Source of the DNA: a candidate division WOR-3 bacterium
GTDB lineage: Bacteria; SDB-A
Reading direction: 5' to 3'
DNA: 43,921 bases
Assembly (NCBI GenBank): GCA_016934535.1
Contig: JAFGSQ010000004.1
Location: 1 to 43,921 of the forward strand
Under the pieces are notes generated by a model. The model had not been told where the DNA came from. It did no database searches and was given only the letters and a program-made list of their open reading frames with translations. A program made the translations under genes and the position numbers. How positions within the stretch are numbered: the first letter of the stretch is position 1; every line of letters starts with the position of its first letter. Of the stretch, positions 29,599 to 39,502 are shown piece by piece.

Positions 29599-31698
29599 AT
29601 GCCCGTATTTGAATTTGATTTCTATTCCCGGAAAATGGTTTTTGACACAGGTAATTACGCAACACAGAGTCACGGCAGTATATGGCTTGGATATGGAGAC
29701 TCTGTCGTGCTTGTCACGGCTTGTTTTTCTAAACAAAAGTTCGAAGGAGATTATTTCCCGCTGATGGTTGACTACAGAGAGAGAAGTTATTCTTTCGGAA
29801 GAATACCGGGTGGTTATTCGAGAAGAGAGGCAAAATCCCGCGACAAGGAAGTTTTAACCAGCAGGTTGATAGACAGGCCTATAAGACCTCTTTTCCCTGA
29901 GCATTACAAAAATGAAACTCAGATAATTGCCACGGTTCTTTCGGCTGACCCTGAAATGGACCCGGACATTCTCGGTCTCAACGGCGCGAGCCTGGCTCTT
30001 TGCCTGAGTCCGATTCCTTTTATGGGTCCGATAGCTGCTGTAAGGTTGAGCAGGGTAGACGGGCAGTTCATTGTAAACCCGACGTATTCTCAGATAGTGA
30101 ACAGCGACTTGTCTCTGGTCGTCGCCGGAAACAAGGACAAAATAACGATGCTCGAAGGATCCGCTCTAGAGATAAAAGAAGAAGACATCTTGGAGGCTAT
30201 AAAATTTGCGCAGAATCCTATAAAAGAATTGATTTCGCGTCAGGAAGAATTTTTAAAAGAAGTGAAAATAGAAAAAATTACTCTGGAAAAACCTGCTGAA
30301 CTACCGCAAGAGTTGGCCAAGGAGATTGACGGAAAATTCAGGCTTAAAGTTAAGCAGGCTTCGGACACTATGAAAACAAAAGAGGAACGTGCGGAAGCCT
30401 TCGAAATGTTGAGAGAGGAAGCATGGGAAGCTTATAAAGAAACGAGACCTGATGACGAAGTTTTGATAAAAGACATGATATCATCTTTTTGGAGCGATGC
30501 CTGGCATGAAAGATTAAGGCATGAAGGTTTGCGCCCCGACGACAGGAAAGAAGATGACATAAGGAATATTGATATAAAACTCGGTGTTCTGCCCAGGGTC
30601 CACGGATCAGCTGTTTTTAAAAGGGGCCAAACCCAGTCTCTCGCCGTTATTACACTGGGCTCCCCCTCCGATGAACAGCGCATAGAAGATATAGAAGGAG
30701 ACATGACAAAGAGCTTCATGCTTCACTACAATTTTCCACAGTTCTCTGTAGGTGAAGTCGGACCTCAGAGAGGGCCGGGAAGAAGGGAAATTGGACACGG
30801 AAATTTAGCTGAAAAAGCTGTCGCCAACATAGTGCCGCCCGAAGATAAATTTCCGTATACCATACGGATAGTATCTGAAATCCTCGAATCTAACGGTTCA
30901 TCGTCGATGGCTTCGGTGTGTTCATCTTCTCTCGCTTTGATGGACGCTGGAGTCCCCATTAAAAGTCACGTAGCGGGAATAGCTCTCGGTTTGATAAGTG
31001 CGGGAAGCCAAGGCGACAAAGATATCATTCTGGTCGATATAGCCGGAGAGGAAGATCACGAGGGAGACATGGACCTCAAAGTCGCAGGAACTAAAAGCGG
31101 CATAAATTCACTTCAGATGGACACTAAGATCGAAGGTATATCCGTGGAACTTTTGAAAGTGGCTTTTCTAAAAGCTAAAAACGCAAGGGACAAGATTCTC
31201 GATAAAATGGAACAGGTAATTCCCGCTCCGAGAGAAAACCTTTCGCCAAACGCCCCGAGAATGTACACGTTTTTTATCCCCAAAGAGAAAATTGGTTTTG
31301 TAATAGGTCCCAGCGGAAAAACTGTAAGAGGTTTACAAGACCAGACGGGAGCGACGATTTCATTGAACGACGACGGCAAGGTTGTTGTCACAGCTGTAGA
31401 TGAAAAATCTGCCCTAGAGGCAGTGGAAGCCATAAAGGGAATGACAAGAGAGGCGAAGGTCGGTGAGATCTATTCCGGAAAAGTAACTAAAACCACTGAT
31501 TTTGGCGCGTTTGTCGAAATATTTCCAGGAAAGGAAGGTCTTCTTCATATCTCCGAAATCGACTGGAAAAGAGTTGAAAATGTCGAAGACGTTCTCAAGG
31601 CAGGAGACAAAGTCGAAGTCGAATGCATAAACTATGATCCCAAGATGGGAAAAATAAGTTTATCGAGAAAAAAGCTGCTTCCAAAACCTTCTAAATAA
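29599..31698 (+). CDS. pnp: Polyribonucleotide nucleotidyltransferase
   Basis: SRLIDRPIRPLF, HGSAVFKRGQTQ, RREIGHG, SNGSSSMA, GDMDLKVAGT, KH and S1 domains. Confidence 0.97.
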   Translation: MPVFEFDFYSRKMVFDTGNYATQSHGSIWLGYGDSVVLVTACFSKQKFEGDYFPLMVDYRERSYSFGRIPGGYSRREAKSRDKEVLTSRLIDRPIRPLFPEHYKNETQIIATVLSADPEMDPDILGLNGASLALCLSPIPFMGPIAAVRLSRVDGQFIVNPTYSQIVNSDLSLVVAGNKDKITMLEGSALEIKEEDILEAIKFAQNPIKELISRQEEFLKEVKIEKITLEKPAELPQELAKEIDGKFRLKVKQASDTMKTKEERAEAFEMLREEAWEAYKETRPDDEVLIKDMISSFWSDAWHERLRHEGLRPDDRKEDDIRNIDIKLGVLPRVHGSAVFKRGQTQSLAVITLGSPSDEQRIEDIEGDMTKSFMLHYNFPQFSVGEVGPQRGPGRREIGHGNLAEKAVANIVPPEDKFPYTIRIVSEILESNGSSSMASVCSSSLALMDAGVPIKSHVAGIALGLISAGSQGDKDIILVDIAGEEDHEGDMDLKVAGTKSGINSLQMDTKIEGISVELLKVAFLKAKNARDKILDKMEQVIPAPRENLSPNAPRMYTFFIPKEKIGFVIGPSGKTVRGLQDQTGATISLNDDGKVVVTAVDEKSALEAVEAIKGMTREAKVGEIYSGKVTKTTDFGAFVEIFPGKEGLLHISEIDWKRVENVEDVLKAGDKVEVECINYDPKMGKISLSRKKLLPKPSK

Positions 31699-31717
31699 CG
31701 GAAAATTCGGCTATAAG

Positions 31718-32983
31718 ATGCCGGTAAAAAACTTTCATTTTTGTCAGGAACAGGAACTGAAATGCGAAAAGGCTGTATTAAACGCCGGCCTTACTGTTTG
31801 TTGGGAACCACTCAAGCACATCAGGTCTTGTTCGCTAGCTGTCGCTGTAAACACAGGCGCCAGAGATGAAGTTTCAGATTCCTGGGGTTATTCTCATTTC
31901 ATAGAACACATGCTGTTTAAAGGTACGGCAAAGAGAAAAGCTTATACTATTGCCTCGACTCTCGAGAAAAAAGGCGGTTATCTGAACGCCATGACCGGTT
32001 ACGAGAACACATGGATAGAAGCAAAATGTATAGACTACCAGCTTCCTGAGGTCATTGAACTCGTAGGTGATATGCTGTCAAATTCTCTTTTCGGAAAAAA
32101 GAGCATTGAAGATGAAAAAGAAGTAATAAGACAGGAAATAAAAAGTAATTTGGATTGTCCGGAGGAGATTGTTTTTGACCATTTTTTCAAAGACATCTTT
32201 GCGAGACACCCTTTGGGACGCTCGGTTCTCGGAAATTTTAAATCAATAAAAAACGTGACAAGAAAAAAAATTCTCGATCATTTTACATTTAATTACACTA
32301 ACGAAAATACTTACGTAGGTGTTGTCGGAAATATATGCCTCGATTTACCGATAATTATAAATAAAAACTTCAAGCTTGAAAGAAGAACGCCTCCATCAAG
32401 AGTTCCATTTAAAATGGCTTACAGTGGTGAAAAAACATATTGTAAAAGTGGAACAAAGCAGATAAATTTAGTTTTGGGCGGAATTGCTCCGGACGCTTCG
32501 AGTCTGGATCGTTACAAATTCCAGATACTCATGAATCTTTTAGGCGGAGGTCTGAGCAGCAGGTTTTTTCAGCTTCTTAGAGAAGTCAACCCTCTTGTTT
32601 ACAATGTTTCTTCATTTTACTATCCATATTCCGATGTGGGAGTGGGAGGTCTCTATCTGTCCGTAACTCCGGACAATTTGAACAAAGTCGAAAAGCTTTT
32701 AAATGAAGAAATTAAAAAAATTCTCGAAGGGGACATTTCACGGTCGGAGGTCGAATTTTCAAAGGAGCAGTTAAAGGGAAACATCATTCTCGGTCTCGAA
32801 TCCAGCAGGGCGAGAGTTAATAAACTTCTAAACGACCAGATATACAGAGGAAAATGGATATCACTGGACGATATAGACACCGCAATTTCTTCAATTAATC
32901 TCGACGACATAAATAAAGAGGCGCAAAAATTCTTTTCAGATAATAATATCATGAGGACTTATTTAACTCCGAAAGCGAGGTAG
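31718..32983 (+). CDS. M16 family zinc metallopeptidase
   Basis: Inverted zincin HFIEHMLFKGT, HPLG..VLG, GGGLSSRFFQ..RE; usual position after pnp. Confidence 0.92.
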   Translation: MPVKNFHFCQEQELKCEKAVLNAGLTVCWEPLKHIRSCSLAVAVNTGARDEVSDSWGYSHFIEHMLFKGTAKRKAYTIASTLEKKGGYLNAMTGYENTWIEAKCIDYQLPEVIELVGDMLSNSLFGKKSIEDEKEVIRQEIKSNLDCPEEIVFDHFFKDIFARHPLGRSVLGNFKSIKNVTRKKILDHFTFNYTNENTYVGVVGNICLDLPIIINKNFKLERRTPPSRVPFKMAYSGEKTYCKSGTKQINLVLGGIAPDASSLDRYKFQILMNLLGGGLSSRFFQLLREVNPLVYNVSSFYYPYSDVGVGGLYLSVTPDNLNKVEKLLNEEIKKILEGDISRSEVEFSKEQLKGNIILGLESSRARVNKLLNDQIYRGKWISLDDIDTAISSINLDDINKEAQKFFSDNNIMRTYLTPKAR

Positions 32984-32985
32984 TC

Positions 32986-34185
32986 GTGAGTTTGGACAGG
33001 TTGTCAAAAAAAGCCGTTGAAATGCCTGCGTCGCCTATCAGAAAACTTCAGTCTTTTTCGGACGACGCCAAATCGAGGGGTGTAGGTGTTTATCATCTGA
33101 ATATAGGACAACCGGACATACAAACACCACATTGCATATTCGAAGCAATGCACAATTGGGAAAGTAAAGTCCTCGCTTACGGTCCTTCAAATGGAATAGT
33201 TGAACTCAGGAAAGCAGTCTGCGACTATTTTGAAAGGTTCGATTACAGTTTTTTACCGTCTCAGGTAGTGATAACCCAGGGTGGAAGCGAAGCAATAGTA
33301 TTTGCCATGCAGTCAATATGCAACCCGGGCGAAGAGATAATCGTTTTTGAACCTTTTTACACCAATTATCTGGGATTTTCTAAGATGGCTGATGTCGAAC
33401 TTGTGCCAATTGAGACTTCAGTCGCGGACGGTTTCAGGATTCCCGCAGACAAGGTAATAGATGAAAAAATTACTCCGAAGACAAGAGGGATCATTATCTG
33501 TTCCCCAAACAATCCGACGGGAACTGTTTACACTCGCGAAGAGATGTCGCGCATAGTTTTTTTGGCTAAAAAACACGATTTGTTCATTTTGTCTGACGAA
33601 GTGTACAGGGAATTTGTTTTTGACAAAAAGAAACACGTCGGGATAATGGACTTTGAAGAAATTTCCGACAGAGCGATAGTAATGGACAGCGTTTCGAAGC
33701 GTTTTTCGATGTGCGGAGCCAGAATCGGTTTCCTCGCTACAAAAAATCCGAAGCTCGCCGACGCTTTTCTGAGATTTTCCCAGGCAAGACTTTGTCCCGC
33801 GACGATGGAACAGATTGGCGCTCTTGCGGGATTTCAGCATTACGATGAATTTATACCCGGAATGATAAAAGAGTACGAAAAACGCAGAGACGTCGTTTTC
33901 GGTGAAATCGGGAAAATCGACAACGCTTTCACTTTAAAACCCGAGGGAGCGTTTTATTGCGTCGTAAAACTTCCAGTCTCAGACGCCGACGAATTTTCAA
34001 AATTCATGCTAACTGATTTCACATTAGACGGACAGACTACAATGGTAGCTCCTGCAAACGGTTTTTACGCGACAAAAGGTAAGGGAAGGGATGAGATTCG
34101 TATTGCATACGTCCTCGAAGAAGCCCGTCTTAAAACCGCCGTTCACGTTTTGAGTAAAGGTATAGAAGAATTCAATTCGAGGTAA
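32986..34185 (+). CDS. PLP-dependent aminotransferase class I/II (aspartate aminotransferase-like)
   Basis: LNIGQPD, PNNPTG, SDEVY, SVSKRFSMCGARIG. Confidence 0.92.
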   Translation: MSLDRLSKKAVEMPASPIRKLQSFSDDAKSRGVGVYHLNIGQPDIQTPHCIFEAMHNWESKVLAYGPSNGIVELRKAVCDYFERFDYSFLPSQVVITQGGSEAIVFAMQSICNPGEEIIVFEPFYTNYLGFSKMADVELVPIETSVADGFRIPADKVIDEKITPKTRGIIICSPNNPTGTVYTREEMSRIVFLAKKHDLFILSDEVYREFVFDKKKHVGIMDFEEISDRAIVMDSVSKRFSMCGARIGFLATKNPKLADAFLRFSQARLCPATMEQIGALAGFQHYDEFIPGMIKEYEKRRDVVFGEIGKIDNAFTLKPEGAFYCVVKLPVSDADEFSKFMLTDFTLDGQTTMVAPANGFYATKGKGRDEIRIAYVLEEARLKTAVHVLSKGIEEFNSR

Positions 34186-34607
34186 AATTCACCTTTCTCG
34201 ACCCGTCCGCTTTTCCTCCGGAATACAAAACGGATCAGGCGGCGGGAGCCGACCTGAGAAGCTGTGAAAATCTGCTCATCCCTTCAGGAAAATGGGCACA
34301 GGTGAGGACAGGCCTGGCTCTGGAGATACCGCCGGGTTTTCATGCTGAGATAAGACCTAGGTCCGGATTGGCTCTAAATAACGGCATAACTGTTTTGAAC
34401 TCGCCCGGAACGATAGACTCGGATTACAGGGGAGAAGTAAAAGTCATTCTCATAAATTTTTCCGACGAGGATTTTCAAGTCAAAAGAGGCGACAGAATAG
34501 CTCAAATGGTTATATCGGAATCACAAAAGGGAGTTTTCATCAGGTGCGATTCGCTGACATCGACAGGGAGGGGTGATGGCGGATTCGGCCACACGGGAAT
34601 CAACTGA
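34170..34607 (+). CDS. dut: dUTP diphosphatase (trimeric dUTPase), probable ATT start
   Basis: Motifs AGADL (upstream of ORF-track GTG 34302), RPRSGLA, GTIDSDYRGE, GDRIAQ, RGDGGFGHTG; in-frame ATT at 34170 after AAAGG. Confidence 0.9.
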   Translation: MQFEVKFTFLDPSAFPPEYKTDQAAGADLRSCENLLIPSGKWAQVRTGLALEIPPGFHAEIRPRSGLALNNGITVLNSPGTIDSDYRGEVKVILINFSDEDFQVKRGDRIAQMVISESQKGVFIRCDSLTSTGRGDGGFGHTGIN

Positions 34608-35640
34608 AAAAATAATTTTCAGCATCTGGCCCGGACTCGGTGACATTCTTTTTTCGACACCTTCACTGAGAATTTTAAGAAAAAAAAAACCTGAAGCCCG
34701 TATAACAGTAATCAGTCTTTGGGGAGGAGCAGGCAGAAAACTTCTCGAATTGAACCCTTACATAGACGATGTGATTTTTTCCGGTCCCAAAGAAATCTTT
34801 CAATTGGCAAAAAGGCTGAAAAGGGAGAATTTCGATCTAGGTATAGAGCAATCCTTTCCTGTTTGCTGGTTTTTCAAGCTTATAAACGTGAAAAAATCAG
34901 TCAGTTTTGCCGACAATTTATTCTGGTGGCTCGGACATTTTTCAGATAAAAAGAACGCGCTTCTGCACGCAAGTGAACAATACCTTCTCGCGATAGACAA
35001 GATAGACGGAAAAAAACTCAGAGACGGCAAGGGCTACGACCTTTTTCTGTCGGAAGACGAGAAAAACCGGGCAAAAGAAATTTTAAAGGATTTTGAAGGA
35101 AAAATAAAAATTGCTGTCCACCCCGGAGCGAGATGCAATAAAAATAAAAGATGGGACATAAATAAAATCATAGATGTTTTGCACAGAATCGCCGAAATGT
35201 ACGACTGCGTTATAATAACAATCGGCGGAGCCGAGGACAAAAAGAACGCTTCATTAATCGAATCGGCTCTAAAACACAAAAACGTAAATCTTGTAGGAAA
35301 AACAAATCTGCGCGAGACGGCGGCTGTTTTTTCCGAGTCCGATCTTTATTTGGGTCACGACTCCGGCCCAACGCACCTGGCTTCAATATTTTCACCTGTT
35401 GTGGCAATATTCGCCTCGTCAAATCCGGCGAATTTCAGGCCGCTGACTGAAAAAGCGGTGATAGTCAGACCCAAAACACGATGTTCGCCCTGTTTCCATT
35501 TTCCCGGTTACATGAGTATTTTTTGGGGTCTCAGGCTGAGATGGTTCAATTATTGTCCCGCCATGGACACCATAGGTGTGGAAGATGTAGTCACTGCGAT
35601 AAAGGAAGCACTTGAGAAATGGCCGAAAAACTCAAGATAG
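34576..35640 (+). CDS. Glycosyltransferase family 9 (heptosyltransferase-like)
   Basis: GLGDILFSTP, NPYID, HPGA...KRW, GKTNLRE, DSGPTHLA and C.PC motifs. Confidence 0.9.
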   Translation: MADSATRESTEKIIFSIWPGLGDILFSTPSLRILRKKKPEARITVISLWGGAGRKLLELNPYIDDVIFSGPKEIFQLAKRLKRENFDLGIEQSFPVCWFFKLINVKKSVSFADNLFWWLGHFSDKKNALLHASEQYLLAIDKIDGKKLRDGKGYDLFLSEDEKNRAKEILKDFEGKIKIAVHPGARCNKNKRWDINKIIDVLHRIAEMYDCVIITIGGAEDKKNASLIESALKHKNVNLVGKTNLRETAAVFSESDLYLGHDSGPTHLASIFSPVVAIFASSNPANFRPLTEKAVIVRPKTRCSPCFHFPGYMSIFWGLRLRWFNYCPAMDTIGVEDVVTAIKEALEKWPKNSR

Positions 35641-36473
35641 CATATTATCTGTGCTCAAAAACCGATCCCTGGATAATTGAAGCCGCGGTATCCGTTTTTG
35701 CAATATTTTTCGTTTTGTTCAACTCTAGAAAGAGAAACACGGTTAAAGACAATTTAAAAGCGATGGGTTTGAAACCCTGTAATCGGCTGGTCTACAAAAC
35801 TTTTTACAACATGATTTTCAACATTGTAATCTTTTTCAGAACTGTTGAAAAAGGGATGGACGAAGTTTTGTCCCGGACAAAAGTAGTCGGATTAAGGCAT
35901 TTAGATAAACTCCCGCAGGACAAAGGCTGTATTGTGATGACATGCCACTTGGGTTTATGGGACCTCGCGGCAAGGTTCCTCACTCATTACTTGGCCCGTA
36001 AAGTCTGCGCGGTCGCTGAATTCAAAAATGTCAGCCCCTTTCACTACGAACTCATGGAAAAAGTCAGAGGTTCGGGATCCGTAGAAATACTGCCTCTCGA
36101 AAGTCCTTCAACATCTTTGAAATTGGCAAAATTCGCGTTGAAGACTAAAGGAATAATCGCTTTGATAGGCGACAGGGACATTTCCGGAAGCGGAAAAGAG
36201 ACCCTTTTTTTCGGAAGAAAATCATTCCTGCCGAAAGGACCGGCTCATTTGGCCGCCCGCCTTGACATACCTGTATTTATAGGGTACCTTGTCAGAACGA
36301 AAGCTTGGAATTACAGAGCTTACATCTCGGAACCGTTCTTTATGGCAGACCGTCAATTCGGAATGGAAATTTTAGCTGAAATGTATTTTGAAAAAATAAA
36401 AATTAAATTGGAAAAAATAATAAGGGAAAATCCGGATCAGTGGATCATGTTTTACCCGCCGTGGATAAAATGA
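35619..36473 (+). CDS. LpxL/PatA-family lipid acyltransferase
   Basis: HX4D motif HLGLWD, LIGDRD, FFG....PKGPA.LA, PDQW.M..P.W. Confidence 0.85.
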   Translation: MAEKLKIAYYLCSKTDPWIIEAAVSVFAIFFVLFNSRKRNTVKDNLKAMGLKPCNRLVYKTFYNMIFNIVIFFRTVEKGMDEVLSRTKVVGLRHLDKLPQDKGCIVMTCHLGLWDLAARFLTHYLARKVCAVAEFKNVSPFHYELMEKVRGSGSVEILPLESPSTSLKLAKFALKTKGIIALIGDRDISGSGKETLFFGRKSFLPKGPAHLAARLDIPVFIGYLVRTKAWNYRAYISEPFFMADRQFGMEILAEMYFEKIKIKLEKIIRENPDQWIMFYPPWIK

Positions 36474-37687
36474 GAAAAAAACTGAAAATTCTTATTCTTT
36501 CGGACGTATATTATCCCACTCCCGGCGGAGTCAGCGAGCACATATACAATTTCGCGAAAAACATGCGGCAAAGAGGCCACAAAGTCGTTATTGTTGCGCC
36601 GAAAGTCTCCCGCAAAAAATCCCCCGAACACGATTTTGACGTACTCAGAGCCGGAAAAGCCGTTCCGGTAAGAGCAAACAAAAGCGTTGCAAAGGTCACG
36701 GTAGGCGCGAGATTGTACTGGGAAGTAAAAGACATTGTCAGATCGGAAAACTGGGACATCATACACACTCACGGACCGTACGCTCCGGTCTTGCCGTATC
36801 TCGGTCAAAAATTCAACTGCAGGTCCGCTTTGCTGGGGGATCACGTAACGGCAAAAATCGCCACTTTTCACGCCAGCTACAGAAGAGTTTTGCCTTATGA
36901 AATATTTAAGGCTTTTCTGCAGAAGCCGTTTTCAAAAATAGACGGCCTCATAGCAGTCAGCGAAGAGGCAAAAGAAAGCGTAGAGAAATATCTTAAAGGA
37001 AATTTTAGGATAATTCCCAACGGGGTGGATTCGAATTATTTTAATCCTGACCTTCCGAGAGTGGATAAATTCAGTGAAAATGACTTCAACATATTTTTTG
37101 CCGGCAGGTTTGACCCGAGGAAGGGCGTCACTTATCTGGTCAAGGGTTTTTATTTCATATTGAAGTTTGTGCCAGATGCAAAGCTTTGGATTGGCGGCGG
37201 AGACAAGTACAGAAAACTCGGTCTGGACTTCATTATGTCGAGGCTCAAAGCTAAAAATCCCGTCATAGCCTCAAGGGTAGAATACCTCAAATTCATTCCT
37301 TACGCGGAATTACCACGGTATTTCGCCAGCGCCGACATATTCTGCTCGCCTGCTATAGGCGGAGAAAGTTTCGGCATAGTCCTCATAGAGGCAATGGCCT
37401 GCGGAACGCCTGTTGTCGCTTCGAACATAGCGGGATACAAAGAGGTGGTTTCGGATAACAAAGACGGATTGTTGTTCAAACCAAGAGACATAAAAGACCT
37501 GGCGAGAAAAGTTGTTACCCTTGCAAAAGACCGCCAATTGCGGAAAAAAATGGGTGAAAACGGAAGAAAAAAAGTGCTTGAAAAATATTCCTGGGACAAG
37601 GTGACAGACTCCATCGAGGATTACTATTACGAAGTGCTTGAAAAAAAATCAAATGAACAAAAATCGTGCCGCGGCGGCAATTCTTAG
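36470..37687 (+). CDS. Glycosyltransferase family 4, PimA-like
   Basis: PGGVSEH, GKAVPVRANKSVAKV, ATFH, IAVS, IPNGVD, GRFDPRKG, GESFGIVLIEAMACG; ATGA overlap with the acyltransferase. Confidence 0.88.
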   Translation: MRKKLKILILSDVYYPTPGGVSEHIYNFAKNMRQRGHKVVIVAPKVSRKKSPEHDFDVLRAGKAVPVRANKSVAKVTVGARLYWEVKDIVRSENWDIIHTHGPYAPVLPYLGQKFNCRSALLGDHVTAKIATFHASYRRVLPYEIFKAFLQKPFSKIDGLIAVSEEAKESVEKYLKGNFRIIPNGVDSNYFNPDLPRVDKFSENDFNIFFAGRFDPRKGVTYLVKGFYFILKFVPDAKLWIGGGDKYRKLGLDFIMSRLKAKNPVIASRVEYLKFIPYAELPRYFASADIFCSPAIGGESFGIVLIEAMACGTPVVASNIAGYKEVVSDNKDGLLFKPRDIKDLARKVVTLAKDRQLRKKMGENGRKKVLEKYSWDKVTDSIEDYYYEVLEKKSNEQKSCRGGNS

Positions 37688-38513
37688 CGCCTCTTTTTCA
37701 TTATATCTGATGCGGAAAGGATTTTTTGATCCCAATTCATTGCCCGTTCTTCTTTATCATGACATCACTGATGAATTTTACTGGACTCTTTCAAGATCGA
37801 CGACTCGGATGTTTAAAAATCAAATGAAGCTTCTGGCGAATAAAAGTTACCATTTTGTACATCTGCGCCAAATATCCGCTCCAGTATCCGGCGAACCGAC
37901 TTTTTCAATAACTTTTGACGACGCTTTGATCTCTGTTGTCAAAAATGCCTTTCCTGTGCTCGAAGAGTGCGGATTCAAGGCTGCGGTTTTTGTCGTCACG
38001 GATTACGCAGGAAAATTGAGCGATTGGGACGTGAACTTGGGAGGTAAAGTTAAACGGCACATGAATTGGGACGAAATCGCTTTCCTCGCTGAAAATGGCT
38101 GGACCATAGGGTCCCACTCATGCACTCACAGGGACCTGACGAGACTGAGAGCAAACGAGATAAGCGAAGAAGCTGAAAGATCACGAGAGACTATTTTTGA
38201 AAAAACAGGAATAAAAACGTCATTTTTCAGTTATCCGTTCGGAAGGGCAAATTGTAAAATTTCAGAGATAATCCGGAAATCCGGATACGAGTGTGCGTTT
38301 TCGTCCTATTCTCCCGAAAACCCGCTTTTCGATCCGTTCAGAGCGGGGAGAAGGCCCGTTTATCTTTTCGACAGCGCTTATGACGTTCTTCGCAGGGTTG
38401 AAAGATCACGATGGAAAAATCTGCCGTACGATTTTGTCGGAAGGAACATAAATTTCTTTGCCGGCGGAGTGGGCATTTACAAAGAAAAAATAGAAAAATG
38501 CCTCAGGAACTGA
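37653..38513 (+). CDS. Polysaccharide deacetylase (CE4/NodB, IcaB-like)
   Basis: VLLYH, ITFDD, GSHSCTH, FSYPFG. Confidence 0.9.
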   Translation: MNKNRAAAAILSASFSLYLMRKGFFDPNSLPVLLYHDITDEFYWTLSRSTTRMFKNQMKLLANKSYHFVHLRQISAPVSGEPTFSITFDDALISVVKNAFPVLEECGFKAAVFVVTDYAGKLSDWDVNLGGKVKRHMNWDEIAFLAENGWTIGSHSCTHRDLTRLRANEISEEAERSRETIFEKTGIKTSFFSYPFGRANCKISEIIRKSGYECAFSSYSPENPLFDPFRAGRRPVYLFDSAYDVLRRVERSRWKNLPYDFVGRNINFFAGGVGIYKEKIEKCLRN

Positions 38514-39502
38514 CCAGAGCTCCAAAAAGCTTTTTTGAAAAATTTTTGGACAGAATTTTTGTCATGAGAATTTTCATGCATTTTCCTTTTTCCGGTATAC
38601 TTATGCTCGGTTATCATTACGGGGTGCAGAGGGAAGGCGATGGAGGCTTTTGGGCGGTTTTTATTAAAGCCAACGCTTTCAACTGGAAAATACTTGTATC
38701 GTACCTGCTGTTTTATCTGTTGATGGGCGGGACGTACATAATAAATCAGATAGCCGATAAAAAATCGGATCTTATTAACAGAAAGAATTTTTTCGTCTCA
38801 GACGGGCACATTTCTACGTGGTCAGCTGTTTTTGAAGCCTCTGTAATTTATTTTATTGTTCTTTGTGCGGCCTTCTATTTCTCATTTGCACAAATTTTCG
38901 CGGGAGGAATGGCTTATTTTTATGTAATCCTGTCGTCAGTAGCCCTCGGGCTCATGTATTCAGTCAAACCTTTCAGGCTAAACGCGAGACCCGGGGCGGA
39001 TATGATTGCCAACGCCTTCGGGTACGGTTTTCTCAATCTCGCCGCAGGATTTCTGACCGTATCGCTTTTCGACGGTTTTCTTATAAAATCCGCAGTTCCT
39101 ATAGTTCTCATAGGTCTTGCGGGATTCGGATCTACTACAATAGCGGACATCGAAGGCGACAGAAAAGACGGCAAGAATTCAATAGGCGTTTTTCTGGGAG
39201 AAACCGGAACTTACATAATTTCCATAGTTCTTTATTGTGCCGCCCTCGTGATTTCAATTATTTTCAGAAACATTCCCTGTATTTTCGCCTCGGCGATCGC
39301 TATTCCGGCTCATTTATTCGGACTCTTAAAAAAAACAAAAAAATCAGCTCTCGTCACCATGCGGATAAGCAACGCCGGTCTTGTCCTGATTTCATTCGTT
39401 TTGTTTCCCGTCCTGACAGCGGCTTTTCTGACAGTTTTTACAATTACAAAAATATTCTATTTGAAAAGATTCGGCATTAATTACCCGTCGCTTACCAAAT
39501 GA
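38498..39502 (+). CDS. UbiA-superfamily prenyltransferase
   Basis: Multi-TM protein with NQIADKKSD.INR, YS..P.RL and DIEGDRKDG..S aspartate-rich motifs. Confidence 0.85.
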   Translation: MPQELTRAPKSFFEKFLDRIFVMRIFMHFPFSGILMLGYHYGVQREGDGGFWAVFIKANAFNWKILVSYLLFYLLMGGTYIINQIADKKSDLINRKNFFVSDGHISTWSAVFEASVIYFIVLCAAFYFSFAQIFAGGMAYFYVILSSVALGLMYSVKPFRLNARPGADMIANAFGYGFLNLAAGFLTVSLFDGFLIKSAVPIVLIGLAGFGSTTIADIEGDRKDGKNSIGVFLGETGTYIISIVLYCAALVISIIFRNIPCIFASAIAIPAHLFGLLKKTKKSALVTMRISNAGLVLISFVLFPVLTAAFLTVFTITKIFYLKRFGINYPSLTK

